Assembly (NCBI GenBank): GCA_008632985.1
Contig: QPGO01000097.1
Span: 248,001 to 312,000, forward strand
Source: Psammoneis japonica
Taxonomy: Eukaryota
Direction: 5' to 3'
DNA: 64,000 bases
This document shows, in pieces, positions 49,686-61,859 of this stretch; the stretch's first letter is position 1; the number at the start of each line of letters is the position of its first letter. The position numbers and the translations under genes were made by a program. The notes beneath the pieces are model-generated. The model made no database searches. It was not told the origin of the DNA and worked only from the letters and a program-made list of their open reading frames with translations.

Positions 49686-50763
49686 ATGACGTGCTTCACT
49701 TTCTGCGTCGCCTTCCTCACAGCCCTTTCAGGACAAAGCTCAGTTGGCTTTCAAGCCAGGAATTCTTTTCACAACCAGACGAGGAGGAGGGGGGTTATCG
49801 AAGAATCGATAATTGCCGCGATAAGTGGACATCAAGGAAGCAGGAAGTATCGCACCAACAGTGGCATGCCGGTTTTTGATTCTTCTGGACAATATTTTGA
49901 AGCATATGACAAAGTCAACGACCTTAACGTCCTTCCAGATGACGTTGTCAAGTCGCTTGATGTGGTGGTGGTGCTTGGCGGTGGCGTCCCTACTTCCCTC
50001 GCCGAACCCCCCCGCCACGTTCAACGACGCTGCGATGTCGCGGCTGCTATTGTAGATAAATACCAAGCATTGGACGGTGAATCAGATGGTTTGCCCATTT
50101 TGACAATCTCTGCAGGCACCGCTCATTTGCCACAGCTTCTCAGCAGCGATGGATTGCCAGTCTGGGAGTCGACATCATCTGCTGCATACTTGAGGAAACA
50201 ACATGGCATAGAGAACATCTTTGTCGAGACAGCGTCTTATGATACCATATCCAATGCTTTCTTTTCGCGAACTACCCATACGGAGATAGTTGGATGGAGA
50301 AGTCTAGCAATTGTTACAAGTGAGGTAGGTATGAAGGGTTGGCTGAGATATGGAGTTTGGAGCCCATCGCACAGTCTCAACCTTGTTAGCTGTCCACTTC
50401 CTGCAGTTTCATATAGCACGAACAAAATCAATTTTTGATTGGATCTTTAATTTGGACGAACCGGAGCGCCCTTATCAATTACATTACGTTGCGTGTGACA
50501 ATGCGGGCCTGTCGAAGCAGGCGATCAAAACGAGAGAAGAACACGAAGCACGTGGTGACTTAAATGTCCGAGAGAACTTAGCGCGTCAATATACGAGTAT
50601 GTCCGACGTTTGGCGCTTCTTGCATCACAAACATGCGTTCTACACGGCATCAAAGCTAATTGAGAGAGCAGAGAAAAAAGAAAGGGCGCCGGGAGACATG
50701 AAATTGAAGGAGAGTTATGGTTCACCCATAACTGACACGAACTTCGTAAAAGATAACGTTTAG
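49686..50763 (+). CDS. DUF218 (YdcF/SanA/ElyC-like) protein; intron 50325-50406
   Basis: VVVVLGGG, ETASYDTISNAFF and spliced IVTSE|FHIAR; N-terminal signal peptide. Confidence 0.8.
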
Positions 50764-50964
50764 CTTGCGAACTCCTTTTCGTCGCTACTTTTATCAGAAT
50801 GAAACATGATCAACGAAACGGATAGTAGCTTTCTTGCCATCCTTGGTGTTGGTGGGATACTAGTAGTCGTTTCTACTTGCTCGCGTATATGCAAACAAAG
50901 CGGGTCCATTCATACTCACAGTGTTAACACTCTAGTAGTGAAGATAAATCAAGCAGTAAGAGTC

Positions 50965-53900
50965 CTACTTTTTTGATAGGATAGAGCTGAAGAACCCCAG
51001 ACCGCTACTAACGACTCCATGCGATTCTTGGTCCCGTTTCTCCTCTTCATTCTTGTCTCGTCGATACTTCCCTCGGAGCTGAAGCTCGCTCAGCGATCGA
51101 TCCGACTGGACGGGAAGAAGGACAAAACGGCGCGATGAAGCGAGGGGGTTCGTCAGAAGTGGAGCGGATCCAGATCCCATTGCAGCACTGGCAAAGTTCA
51201 AGTCGTCGGCAGCATCCCCCTTCAGAGAAGGAGCAGCTGATGCGGTGTCTTCTCCAAAAATTGAAGAAAGGAAAAGGTCGCACGCTTGCAGCACATGGCG
51301 ATGCTTACTTTCGATCGACTGAAACAACGCCACCATGTCCATATCGACTGCGTTACCCATCAATGTGTCTGTAACGTCGCATATTTTTTCGACCAGCATT
51401 TTCGATTTCTCGATACTATCGGAATCTGCACTGTTAGAAAGGGATTTCCCGGAACGGACTGGAAATCCGTGTTTGTTTCGATGAAATAAACAAAGCTTCA
51501 GAAAAGAAAAATCCACCGCCAGCTGTATCAAAGCAGAGGGTCCACAATCTCTCATTCCATGTCCCTGTCCGTTTACTGCGTCATTCGAAAACTCTGAAGA
51601 GTTTAACACAGCAGGTGACACTTGTTCGTCGAGGGATCTGGCAACTGCATGAAGCGCCTGCTGTAAAAGAGACCATCGGATCGTGTCCATCATGTTTGGC
51701 ACAGAGTCTTGGTTTTGACGAAGAATTCCCATGCTGGCAGCGTAGTCGGTGGATGGTACTGGAGGGAGAGAATCTGACGGCGATACATTGCGATTCAGCA
51801 CGGAAGAGACAGCAAGGAAATATCCGACGGCGTAAGAAGACACCTCGCCAACAATTGGTTCCAAAGATGAGGCATTTCCGTTCTCTACCGGTAGGTGACC
51901 AACATATTGTCCATCATTAGCGATGTCTCGCAAAGCCGGATGTTCTTCGCTGCCACTCGGGTGCCGAATCCTTCTCCACTCAGACTCTGACGATTTGCAC
52001 GCCATACCCAGAACCTCTTTCAACTCGCCGACAAAGGCATCCGTCGGCGGTTGAAGGGCGACGCGTGCCCAGTATGTAAAACAAGATTCGACAATGTCAT
52101 CAAGTGACCTCTGGATTGTCCCTAGGGCGCTGGCAGATCCAGAAGCCTCGTGACGAAGGCCGCGGGCGGATAAGAGGATCAACTCATTCAACGTAACGTT
52201 TCGGTTCCCGGCTGCTTGTTCTCTTGCTGAAGCTTTTGGACCTTCTTCCGAGCCGGAAGTCAAAAGCAAAGTTTCTCTAACCATTTCAGCTCCACGGAAC
52301 TGAGTCCCAGAAAACGCACTATCTACCGCCTCCATCGCTTCTTCAAGTGTTATCAAGCCATCATCGTTGTCATCCGCCAGATCAAAAGCGCTTTGCAACT
52401 CCATCATTGTAATCATTCCACTACTAGTTCCAGTGGACGCGTGGAGAACTGCAGGAGAGGAATTAGGGTTGAGCAGGGTTGGCAAGGACGTCAACCGAAA
52501 TTTGAGCAAGTGGCATAGCCTCCCAACGATTAGTTCCTTTGTTGCTTCCGTCGTAGTCCGATCAGAGGACGCCGACGATTCCAGCATACGCCTCAGCTCG
52601 CTCAAAAGGCGACCCATAATTTCACAAGTTTGGACGTAGAGACTTTGGCGAAGACGCCGTTCACTCTCTAGCCTTTCCTCTGCATGAACCAGTAACTCAT
52701 GGGCATCGTCACTAACTTTCAAAAGCGCTGCGTCTAAATCCGTGGCAATTCGCAGGGTGTTGCGGTATGCTTCGTGAGGAAGGATCCCATTTAAAGGAGG
52801 GGCGTTGGCCAGGGATGTCCGGAGCGTGGACACCACACGAGCATGCACGGAGTGAAAAGATGTCGACAGAAGAGAGTGCACCAAGGACGAAAATATGTTG
52901 GAGAAGAGGACACTCCAAAGTGAGAACTTTCTTTGTTGTGAACCAATACCAGTTATTGCTCCAGAGGCTGTCTTTGAATGATCCGAAACAAAGCTGGGAC
53001 CGTGATTGAGAACAATACGAAAGTCTACCATCCCTTTGACAGCTTCTTCCCAAGTACAAACAGAATTGCTGTCTAGTCTTTCCATGCATTCGACTCCATC
53101 TGTCTTGTCGTACAGCGACTGGCGGATCTTTCCCAACGCACTTGCTGTAGTTCCAGCAATTGTCACCAAGACAGATTTGACCTTTGTTCGAATGAGAGGT
53201 AAGTTAGCAGCCAAGAAATGAGAAGACTTTGCCTTAACGAGATCGGGGTCAAACGGTGGAAGCGACTGCATGATGGATTCCGCCGACGACGTTTGATTGC
53301 TAGTGGGAAACTTCCTCAATACGAAAACTTGGTACGGGTGAACAATTACATCATGCTGCAAGATCAGGACGATCTTGGACAGGATCTCTTCGGCTGTCGA
53401 CGCCGTTGTAATAGCTTCGTCATCGATAGCGGGGGCGTGGTACATCTTTTGTTGCTGCGTCGCCGCTGAGTTCTTGTCAGTAGTCAACTGATTCAACAGG
53501 GAATGCAAGAGCTTGGCCTTTGAATCAAAGTACAAGTCAATGAGCTTGACCGCCCGATCTTGCGTATTTATCTGGGACAGTGTTCTGGACACGTCTAGCA
53601 AATCAAGAGCAGAGATGGCAGCCGCCGAGCTTTGTGCTCCCAAGTCGGCGCTCTGCGAATGCTGGTCATAGGCGGCTGCGCGAAGTAGGAGTTCTTTGGA
53701 GAGGCGAATAGTTCTTTCAGGGATAGTTTGGACGTGGAGAAAGCTCAGTTTCATTTGGGCAACAAGAACAGGGTCGACTGACGCATCATCAATGACGGCA
53801 TTGGTTCCTGAAGTAGCGAGAGCGTTTGCAAGCGGGTACAAATCTGTGTTGCTGGCAATCAGAGTGAAGAGCTGAATAAGACACGTCGCTGCACCATGTA

Positions 53901-54354
53901 CGTCGTTTTTATCCAGCGCCCGATGAAGCATTCTCGGCATCAGTGATAAGTCCCGTCGCAACAACGTGACGGATCGTTCTTCTGCTGCGTCAATTGAGGA
54001 GGAGGATTCAGCTGGGTCCATCGGTGCATCGGTATCTTGAGGCTTTGCAGAATCCACAAGCTTTTCCATGAGAGAAGGCAGCGCACCAACAAGCTCGTGT
54101 AGCTCCTCAGATCGTTCCCTCATTTTTAAGACTTCGTCAGAACTTCCAACAAGCTCACGATACCTCGAAGCAAGTACCAATCGCAACTCAGTCTTTTTTG
54201 CTTCCGCCTCGCTCAGAGCTCGTTGGTGCAAATGTCGCATTTCGTCAATTGTCATCGACTTGGCGATGGACTGAGCATACGATGTCTGTGCGGCCGGTGC
54301 TGACACCGCCTGAACCCGGCCGCTGGTTCCGTTTCTCATTGCATATGACGACAT
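50965..54354 (-). CDS. COG1-like (Vps51/Vps67 N-terminal domain) tethering subunit with an internal EF-hand-like loop
   Basis: AEAKKTELRLVLASRYRELVGSSDEVLKM; long helical protein; AFDLADDNDDGLITLEEA. Confidence 0.7.
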   Translation of the reverse strand: MSSYAMRNGTSGRVQAVSAPAAQTSYAQSIAKSMTIDEMRHLHQRALSEAEAKKTELRLVLASRYRELVGSSDEVLKMRERSEELHELVGALPSLMEKLVDSAKPQDTDAPMDPAESSSSIDAAEERSVTLLRRDLSLMPRMLHRALDKNDVHGAATCLIQLFTLIASNTDLYPLANALATSGTNAVIDDASVDPVLVAQMKLSFLHVQTIPERTIRLSKELLLRAAAYDQHSQSADLGAQSSAAAISALDLLDVSRTLSQINTQDRAVKLIDLYFDSKAKLLHSLLNQLTTDKNSAATQQQKMYHAPAIDDEAITTASTAEEILSKIVLILQHDVIVHPYQVFVLRKFPTSNQTSSAESIMQSLPPFDPDLVKAKSSHFLAANLPLIRTKVKSVLVTIAGTTASALGKIRQSLYDKTDGVECMERLDSNSVCTWEEAVKGMVDFRIVLNHGPSFVSDHSKTASGAITGIGSQQRKFSLWSVLFSNIFSSLVHSLLSTSFHSVHARVVSTLRTSLANAPPLNGILPHEAYRNTLRIATDLDAALLKVSDDAHELLVHAEERLESERRLRQSLYVQTCEIMGRLLSELRRMLESSASSDRTTTEATKELIVGRLCHLLKFRLTSLPTLLNPNSSPAVLHASTGTSSGMITMMELQSAFDLADDNDDGLITLEEAMEAVDSAFSGTQFRGAEMVRETLLLTSGSEEGPKASAREQAAGNRNVTLNELILLSARGLRHEASGSASALGTIQRSLDDIVESCFTYWARVALQPPTDAFVGELKEVLGMACKSSESEWRRIRHPSGSEEHPALRDIANDGQYVGHLPVENGNASSLEPIVGEVSSYAVGYFLAVSSVLNRNVSPSDSLPPVPSTDYAASMGILRQNQDSVPNMMDTIRWSLLQQALHAVARSLDEQVSPAVLNSSEFSNDAVNGQGHGMRDCGPSALIQLAVDFSFLKLCLFHRNKHGFPVRSGKSLSNSADSDSIEKSKMLVEKICDVTDTLMGNAVDMDMVALFQSIESKHRHVLQACDLFLSSIFGEDTASAAPSLKGDAADDLNFASAAMGSGSAPLLTNPLASSRRFVLLPVQSDRSLSELQLRGKYRRDKNEEEKRDQESHGVVSSGLGFFSSILSKK

Positions 54355-54740
54355 GGGTTCAGCTCAATATCATCGGCAATGGGGTGTTGTTGGTACCTAC
54401 TGTATGGTAAATCTAGAAATAGTTGCGCGAGGTATTTTGCATTTTGCCATCGTCCATCGTCGCGCAAAATTGATCCGATGCAATGACCGCGATGTGACCG
54501 GAGCATGCTGAAATGAACGGGTACTTGTGCCACTCCGCAATCGGACAATCAGACACAGCATATTGCATGTTCACATTCACGCACGTAGAAGTTATTCTTT
54601 TTTTAACGAAGCCACCAACTTCAACTTTGGAACTTTCGCTTTTTCTCTTTTCTGCTCTCTCATCTCCTGCTTTTTCCCGTTTCCTCATCGGTACTACTCC
54701 TACTTGCGTTGAAAAGGATTCGACCAAGAGTTTTGCTAAA

Positions 54741-56126
54741 ATGGCGGGAGCCTTAACACCGAGAGGCTGCTTGATAGTTATCGTCTTGCTTCTTTGCCAA
54801 TCACTGGAATTTTCTGACGCGGCGTTTGGCTCGAAGAAAAAAGAGCAAGAAACCGCAGCACTTAGAGCCGAGACAGAGCGGCTATCGAAACTCGTCGTTG
54901 TCTTTGGACATGAAGTAGACAAGGGGATTTTCTATGTATGCTCAAGTCTACTCACAGTAGGGATCTCGTTGATTGTCATGAAAAGATTTGGGACAAGTAA
55001 CAGTAAGACGACGATCGGAAACAGATCAACAGCTGACGACACCGTGGACGTGGTCCTTGTTGGTTGCGGTCTACCGAAAAAGGGTATGGGGTGGTATCAC
55101 CTGACGCAGCTTCTCGAAATGCGAAACGTCAACGTACGTGGTGTTGTGGAGCCATACTTCATGAATAGAGATCTCTGCAAGGATCCTCCACCATCATGGA
55201 CGGAACTTTACGAATCTCTCGCTTCTTCTCGTGTCGAAGTCACTACTTCTGTAAACAAGTTGTCTAACTTTAACCCGAAGAAGGAGACGATGTGCTTAAT
55301 TGCTGGAAGGACACCTGACAACCCCAATCTTTTTAAGCAATGTATTATGAAAGGCGCAACTGTCGTCTACCTGGAAAAGCCAGGAGCTCCTTCAGTGACT
55401 GAACTCACGGAAATGAAAGAGCTCGCAGACTTCCACAACGTTAAGGTTTACTTGGGGTACAACAAAAACGTAACACCATATGTCCAAAAAGCTATTTCTC
55501 TCTCAAAGAACACACCTGGGACACAAGTTCTATTCTGTCACAACAACTCATATTCGCAGAAGGATCTTCCTGAGTGCTTCAACAGGAATTCCGAAGGGAT
55601 GCTCAAGAACATGGCCATCCATGAGCTGGCCTTGCTGGTAAGCTTTTTTGGGATCACCGTGGATACACTGAAAGAATTCAAAGTTAACAAAAGCAATCGA
55701 TGCAGTGAGAAGCTATCCGTACTGAAGACGGGATCATCTCCAACCAATCCAGAATACATCACCGACTTCTCGCGAGTCAAATTCATAGTGACGTCAAAGG
55801 ATGAAGTGGTAGTGACTGTCCTTGCCGATCGCTGCGGTGGGAATGTGAGCTATGCGTCAGTACTTGATGAAAAAGGAGAAGAAATAGAAAGGTTTGAGTT
55901 CCCCGACACAAAGATGATGGAAAGAATCGACGGGCTTGTTAAAGAGGACCCAGAAATGATGCCTTACTTTTTTATTCAGTCTGATGACTATCTCGAACTG
56001 AAGAAGAGGGTTGTCCTCAGTGCGTTGGAGGGAGGCGATGCCGAGGGAGTCGCAACAATCACGGTTGGTATCGAAGCTCTTAAGCTGGCAGAGTTCGGAA
56101 CAAACAAATTGTCAAAGGCTTTGTGA
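54741..56126 (+). CDS. Gfo/Idh/MocA-like NAD(P)-binding oxidoreductase with signal peptide and TM anchor
   Basis: VVLVGCGLPKKGMGWYH, VYLEKPG, GMLKNMAIHELA. Confidence 0.7.
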   Translation: MAGALTPRGCLIVIVLLLCQSLEFSDAAFGSKKKEQETAALRAETERLSKLVVVFGHEVDKGIFYVCSSLLTVGISLIVMKRFGTSNSKTTIGNRSTADDTVDVVLVGCGLPKKGMGWYHLTQLLEMRNVNVRGVVEPYFMNRDLCKDPPPSWTELYESLASSRVEVTTSVNKLSNFNPKKETMCLIAGRTPDNPNLFKQCIMKGATVVYLEKPGAPSVTELTEMKELADFHNVKVYLGYNKNVTPYVQKAISLSKNTPGTQVLFCHNNSYSQKDLPECFNRNSEGMLKNMAIHELALLVSFFGITVDTLKEFKVNKSNRCSEKLSVLKTGSSPTNPEYITDFSRVKFIVTSKDEVVVTVLADRCGGNVSYASVLDEKGEEIERFEFPDTKMMERIDGLVKEDPEMMPYFFIQSDDYLELKKRVVLSALEGGDAEGVATITVGIEALKLAEFGTNKLSKAL

Positions 56127-56277
56127 CTCTAATCTTGATGCTGTGTTTTAATATTTTTCGTTGTTATTGTCAAGTATCGCAAAAAATCGAATGGTGAAAG
56201 AGCATCGAATGGCAAAAGAAGCCGTCACTTGCTGTTCCTAAGCCAACCTTAGTAGTTTGCTTCGTTGTCGACAAACG

Positions 56278-58809
56278 TCATGATTCCTGCTTTCGTTTTG
56301 CACCGTCTCGAATGAGAGCGTCAGCAAATACTTCTGCCTCATCAACTGCCAGGTCCCCAGAAGCCATGCGCGCCAATTCTCGTCTTCGCTCGAGGCCTTC
56401 GATAGATGATGCATGTACTGAAACTGCCATTCCTTCTTCATTCCTTTGGCTTGCGAATTTTGACCCCACCTCTTTCTGAATAACCACATGGAGGTCGGCC
56501 ACAGCAGCAACCGAAGGACTATGCGTGATGGAGACTACTTGACCCCTGGCGTTTCCTGTAATATCTCCTCCTCTTTGGCGTGACTGGTCTGCAAGCATCT
56601 CGGCAACTGAAACCGCTGCCCGACCACCGACATGAGCATCGATTTCGTCGTAAATTACTGTCACGGGAGGACAAAAATCTCCGCTAGAGGGCGCTGATTC
56701 GCCAAAACCTCTGTCGGGTGAGCCGCAAGATGCTCCAACTGAACCAGGAAGCTCCGTTTCGATCGCCAAGAGAATGCGCGCCTTTTCACCAGAGCTTGCT
56801 ACTACCTCGAGTTTCCCACCGCGTCGGCTTTGGGACTGGTAGCTGTCTTTACAAGTACGATCATTGGTTGTTTGATTCATTTCGCTACCGTCGCCGTGAT
56901 GCAGCATGAAGTCAACAGCGTCAACCCCTATAGTAGACCCACCTCCATAGACAGAAATGTCGCTACAATTCCGGACAGAAGAGTGAAAAAGAGCCTCAAA
57001 CGTAGATCGACCAAACCCCAACGCCGGCATTCGTTGTGTAACTGCGACTGAAAGCCTACCTGCAATTCTCTTCCTTTCATTGGTCAGTACTTGGCATGCC
57101 AACTCGAATTCAGTTAATGCAGCTTGTTCGTCTTTGACGGCCTTCGGCAAGAGCGACCGAGCCTCAACATTACCGTCTAGTTCGCTCCGCAAAGCCATAT
57201 GGCACGACGGCAAAACGTACGGGGAAATGCCATGCTTCCGGGATAAGGTGTTCCAATCGGAAATAATTGTATCGATATCTTCTAACGGAATATCCACAGA
57301 ACGCCTCATGTTTTCCAAAACGTTGATAAGTCCTTTGTTGTCGGACTCAATTGACCGCAGACATTTGTCCATTGCTTCCTCCACGTGATTGAGTAGGTCG
57401 TGACATCTTTCAGCTGAATCAGAAAGGGGTCCATCCTCTGAATTACTCCCAGCAGCATCGAACAATAAATTCCTAGCACGCCCCATGGCAGTGATCGCTG
57501 ACTCCGGAAGCGAAACCGCACCCAAAGCATCTCGCGCATCATTAGCGGCCTGAAGCTGACATTCAAGGGATTTCATTGCTTCACGGAACTCTAATAAGTT
57601 TTCGTACAGTGATGACGAGAATAATACACCGGTGCTATCCTCTGATGACATGGAGTTGTCCGACCACGATGATGTTTTCAGCGCGTGGACGGAGTCAAGA
57701 GATGCATCACCCTTCTCCGTAGGCGCTGACAACGAAGTGGAAAAGCGAAGCATTCGGTCTTCAAATGCATCTAGTTCGTCTACCCAGTGCTTCAACAGTA
57801 CCAGATCCACATCACCATTTTCTGTATCAGTGATCGAAGGAGGTAGCACTCTACTAGCGAGCTCCTGCTCTAGTTTTTCACGGTGCTTTCGGCATTTGCG
57901 ATAACGGAGCATTGAATATCTCGCGTCTGCCATCACTTCACAGGGTACAGCTGTATCGAGAACTGCCAAGCGTGGATGGGGCTTGGCGAGTGCAGCCGCA
58001 GCTACAGGCGCGTCGACTATTGTTAGAAGTGGCGCTGCAACCGACCTTAGAACCTTGAGAGTGACAAGTTGACCATTAATCTCACATGAAGACCTCAGCC
58101 TAGCCGCAAGCGAGTTGCTGCACGATAGCGTGCGCTTCAGTACCAGTGTGCCCATCGAGGACGCTTGGCTATTGTCAAGAAGAGATCGATCAAGCCCAAA
58201 TCTATCAAACTCCTCCTTTGTCCGAGATAAATGAGGCTCACTTAAACGGAACACCATTTCGACGGTTGCATTATTTGATGATCGCTCCGCGCCACCACCG
58301 GAAGAGGGGATGTACGAGGAAGTCACTTTTCCACCAGTGCAGATCTCAGCAACCCTTGCGATGAGAAGACTCTTCCCAGATCCCGTTTCGCCAGTAACGG
58401 CTACCAAATTCGGACCTTCTCCCAGATTAATAGTGACTTCTTTCCCGTCGCTGTTTACAATTCCTGCAAGGTTACGCGACTTTATGCGAGCAACATGGCT
58501 TTCATACCAGATAGGTGATCCTTTATTTTTTGAAAATTGGCCATTTGATTCTTGAATTTTCAATCGGCTCCTCTGATTACTCTCAGAAAAAAGCATTGGC
58601 CTGGACACGGTTGGTGAAAAAGGGACATTGAACGCAAAATGTGATTTTCTTCGTCTTTTCGGCGACAACCAACCAGGAGCAAGAGAAGCGGAAGCGTAAG
58701 AGGAAACATCAGACCCGTTGCATTCAGAGAGATGTAATAGGAAAGCAAAAATGATTCTGATTCCAATCATCATGGCCGCTGTTGTTCTGCGACGCGGCGG
58801 CTGCCACAT
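56278..58809 (-). CDS. recN: RecN-like SMC-family DNA repair ATPase with N-terminal targeting peptide
   Basis: Walker A VTGETGSGKS, signature VASSGEKARILLA, Walker B IYDEIDAHVGG, H-loop QVVSITHSP, RRRELARMASG. Confidence 0.88.
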   Translation of the reverse strand: MWQPPRRRTTAAMMIGIRIIFAFLLHLSECNGSDVSSYASASLAPGWLSPKRRRKSHFAFNVPFSPTVSRPMLFSESNQRSRLKIQESNGQFSKNKGSPIWYESHVARIKSRNLAGIVNSDGKEVTINLGEGPNLVAVTGETGSGKSLLIARVAEICTGGKVTSSYIPSSGGGAERSSNNATVEMVFRLSEPHLSRTKEEFDRFGLDRSLLDNSQASSMGTLVLKRTLSCSNSLAARLRSSCEINGQLVTLKVLRSVAAPLLTIVDAPVAAAALAKPHPRLAVLDTAVPCEVMADARYSMLRYRKCRKHREKLEQELASRVLPPSITDTENGDVDLVLLKHWVDELDAFEDRMLRFSTSLSAPTEKGDASLDSVHALKTSSWSDNSMSSEDSTGVLFSSSLYENLLEFREAMKSLECQLQAANDARDALGAVSLPESAITAMGRARNLLFDAAGSNSEDGPLSDSAERCHDLLNHVEEAMDKCLRSIESDNKGLINVLENMRRSVDIPLEDIDTIISDWNTLSRKHGISPYVLPSCHMALRSELDGNVEARSLLPKAVKDEQAALTEFELACQVLTNERKRIAGRLSVAVTQRMPALGFGRSTFEALFHSSVRNCSDISVYGGGSTIGVDAVDFMLHHGDGSEMNQTTNDRTCKDSYQSQSRRGGKLEVVASSGEKARILLAIETELPGSVGASCGSPDRGFGESAPSSGDFCPPVTVIYDEIDAHVGGRAAVSVAEMLADQSRQRGGDITGNARGQVVSITHSPSVAAVADLHVVIQKEVGSKFASQRNEEGMAVSVHASSIEGLERRRELARMASGDLAVDEAEVFADALIRDGAKRKQES

Positions 58810-59278
58810 TTATCTCAAACTCCAAAACAATAAAACTAATAAAACACTCTAAAAAATCATGGTGATGAAGCGAAGAGTGAAGATCGAAGATCCATCGTGC
58901 GCTGTCTACTTTCGTGTTTGTTTGTCCGTCAGCTTGTGCGATTCTTCAGCCATAATTGCCCTTACGGTTCGGTGTCCCAGAAGCGTGACGAGAAGACATT
59001 TCTTTTGGCCTTTAATTGAATCACCTCTTCAACATAGAAAATTGCATTTTGATTCGCTGATTCCCGTGCGTCATTCTTTTTTGAAGAAAACTAGCGTCAC
59101 CATGATGTGAAAATCTGTTCTTCGTGTCAAAAAATTTGATCTTCCCTAAGTAATGACGTTTCAAACTGCTTATGTCATTCGTCTAATTATTGATAGAGAA
59201 CACACGAGAAAGAAGGGCTTCTCTTTCTCGTCTTTGCTCAGGATAACACGACAACAACTAACTCATCATCATCTTACC

Positions 59279-61098
59279 ATGACAACAAGACCAGAAGAAA
59301 CTTGCCAATTTGGCTCATCAACAAGTGAAGCTCGAGACACTATTGGCAGTGACACCGGAGATAAAATGTTTGGGTCCAGTATTTCTACTGGAGAGATCGA
59401 GCGAGAAAACACATCGCGAACCGGGATTGCTCGTCAGAAGTTTGCCATTGACACACCTGTTGCACCACGGACCTCTCGATCAGGAACAGGCTATGATTCG
59501 ACAGAGGAGAAGCCACAATATGATATGCCGTCGACCGATGTCCCTGAAGTAGCGCAATTTCCATCAAACCCCGAGTTGCCAATTGATGCGAGTGATCGCA
59601 AGAAGGCCTACAAGTCAGCAATATATTACAGCGAGTGCTACATGAAGGGCGTCAAGCCATCAGATGCAGACGATGCCGCCAAGGATGTGAAGGGAACGTA
59701 CAGAAAATGGTGGGTGGAATCTAATTTCCATGAAATCTCTCACTCTCCAAGAGACGCAAGTCATACGTCTGGTTTGCGTCTTGCAAACCAACTCCAGCAT
59801 GTGACTGGAAAGTCTCATTCAGGAGGTTTGAAGAGATCTCGTGAGCAAAACGACACTGAACAGAGGTCTCTTGCTAGACCCCGCAAACATCGTCGACGGC
59901 GAGGCGGACTTCGAGATGTGATCGATGCAGTAACCATTCACGGACATGATTCAGAGACGCAGTCGCATTGTGGAGTCGTTACACTCTCGAGTTCTGAACA
60001 GCCCATTGAAGACATCACATCGTGCGAGGAAGATTTTGCCTCGAGGGAACGAATACAACTCAATCGAATGGTGAGTTCGGATTCGTCTGTGGACGAGTCT
60101 CCTTTTGGAAGCTGTGTACTATCAACCTCCATGATCGTACATCAAATGAAAGTAGTAAGGTCGCAATTGATTGAAGAGCTGAAAGTCACCGGAGGTGACA
60201 CGGAAGGAGCATCGTTCCTTGAAAAGCTCGAAAAACTCACTTCTTTCTATAAATCGAGTGGATGCGATGCGAGGCTTCAGACATCACCCCTAGAGCTTGA
60301 TGGAAATTGGTTCACGCTATCGAAGCCAACATACTTTGATTGCAGAGGGCGAAATGGCAAGGGTAACTATTTGTACACGCTCGGTCGGATGGCTTTCGAT
60401 ATGTTTCGACCAACCAACGTGATTTGCTCGATTCAAGGGATATTTAATACAGTCCACAGTGTCTCTGATAGTTCGTACGCGAGCATATCTGTGCCCCGAA
60501 CTCTACAAAGGAATGTTCGAGCGAATATCTCCATGAATGGGATGGTCGGACTGCGCACATACAAGTAAGCACCAATTGCGTCTTTGATTTGTATACAATG
60601 ACAACATACCCATCACCTTCTGTTGCTATTATTGTTTTGAATTGTAGTATTGTGGTTGCTTTCACCACTGAACCGAGTTCGATCGAGAACTCTGAATTCG
60701 AAGGACCATCTCGTCCGATTCGTGGTATTATGACTAACTACGGATACTTTCTACCTGATCCTGAGGTACCAAACCGATTGTCAGTTTGGTTCACGGGAGG
60801 CTCCTTGGAAGTGAATGACGAAGAGCATGATATGGATGAATGGAAGCGACTCTTTCATCACGATCGTGTTCCTAAGCGTGACATGAGAGAATACGCTCGT
60901 GTCTTGGCCACCAAGATTTTGTTGGGTGCCCATGTTCCTGAAACCATGGATGATGATGGCACGATGCACTACTGGCTCAAGAGACCAATCGGTGGACACG
61001 GAAGAGCCTTTTGTGATGTTATTTATCTCGACGAATCTCTTCGGATTATGCGAGGCCATCAAGGGAGTATTTTCGTCTTTTCTAGAGTATCATCTTAA
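59279..61098 (+). CDS. Hypothetical protein with PAP/fibrillin-like C-terminal domain; intron 60565-60647
   Basis: LELDGNW...DVIYLDESLRIMRGHQGSIFVFSR resembles the fibrillin C-terminal strands; the N-terminus is disordered. Confidence 0.6.
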
Positions 61099-61209
61099 AG
61101 TAACGTGCATTCAGAACAAGCTATATTCTAGCTAGCAATCTAAAGCTTTACTTTGAAGTTTCTCCTGGACTATGAAGTGGCGTCATCCAAGCTCGCCAAC
61201 TCATACTGC

Positions 61210-61859
61210 TTATTCGTAAACCCAAGGATTCTGGCAGCTTTCCCACGTCGTGACCCCTTCTGGGAACCAATGAGCGATCTCCTTGTTGGCGCTCTCCACC
61301 GAGTCAGATCCGTGGCAAATGTTTCGTCCGACTTCGAGGCAAAAGTCTCCCCGAATAGTTCCCATGGCTGATTCGCTCGGCATAGTCGCTCCCAACATCT
61401 TGCGTCCCTCCACGACAGCGGATACCCCTTCCCACACCATGGCGACCACAGGTCCACTGGTCATGTACGTGATGAGTCCGTCGAAGAATCCTTTGCCCTT
61501 GAGATCTTCATAATGAGTTTCCATATGCTCCTTTCCAGGCTGAGTGAGCTTCATGGCCACAAGCTTGAAGCCCTTTTGCTCGAACCGCTTCACAATTTCT
61601 CCAACGAGGCCACGCTGCACGCCGTCGGGCTTGATCATAATGTCTGCGAACCGAACAAAGAAAACCAGTTAGAGAAGCCGGGCACCAGGGGGAATACTTT
61701 GCACAGCCATTTCTTGCACCGCCGTTCGAATGGTATTTTTGCGGGGGTCCTTCAACAATGCGTATTCCGGAAACGCTTTCCACCAAAAGTAGACAGGAGT
61801 GCTTTTTGCAAGTTGTTCGGAATCCAAAGGCAACTAAAATACCTACAAGTACGTTCCAT
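61210..61859 (-). CDS. NDK: Nucleoside diphosphate kinase; exons 61859-61847 and 61643-61210
   Basis: Spliced [35 protein letters not shown]. Confidence 0.96.
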
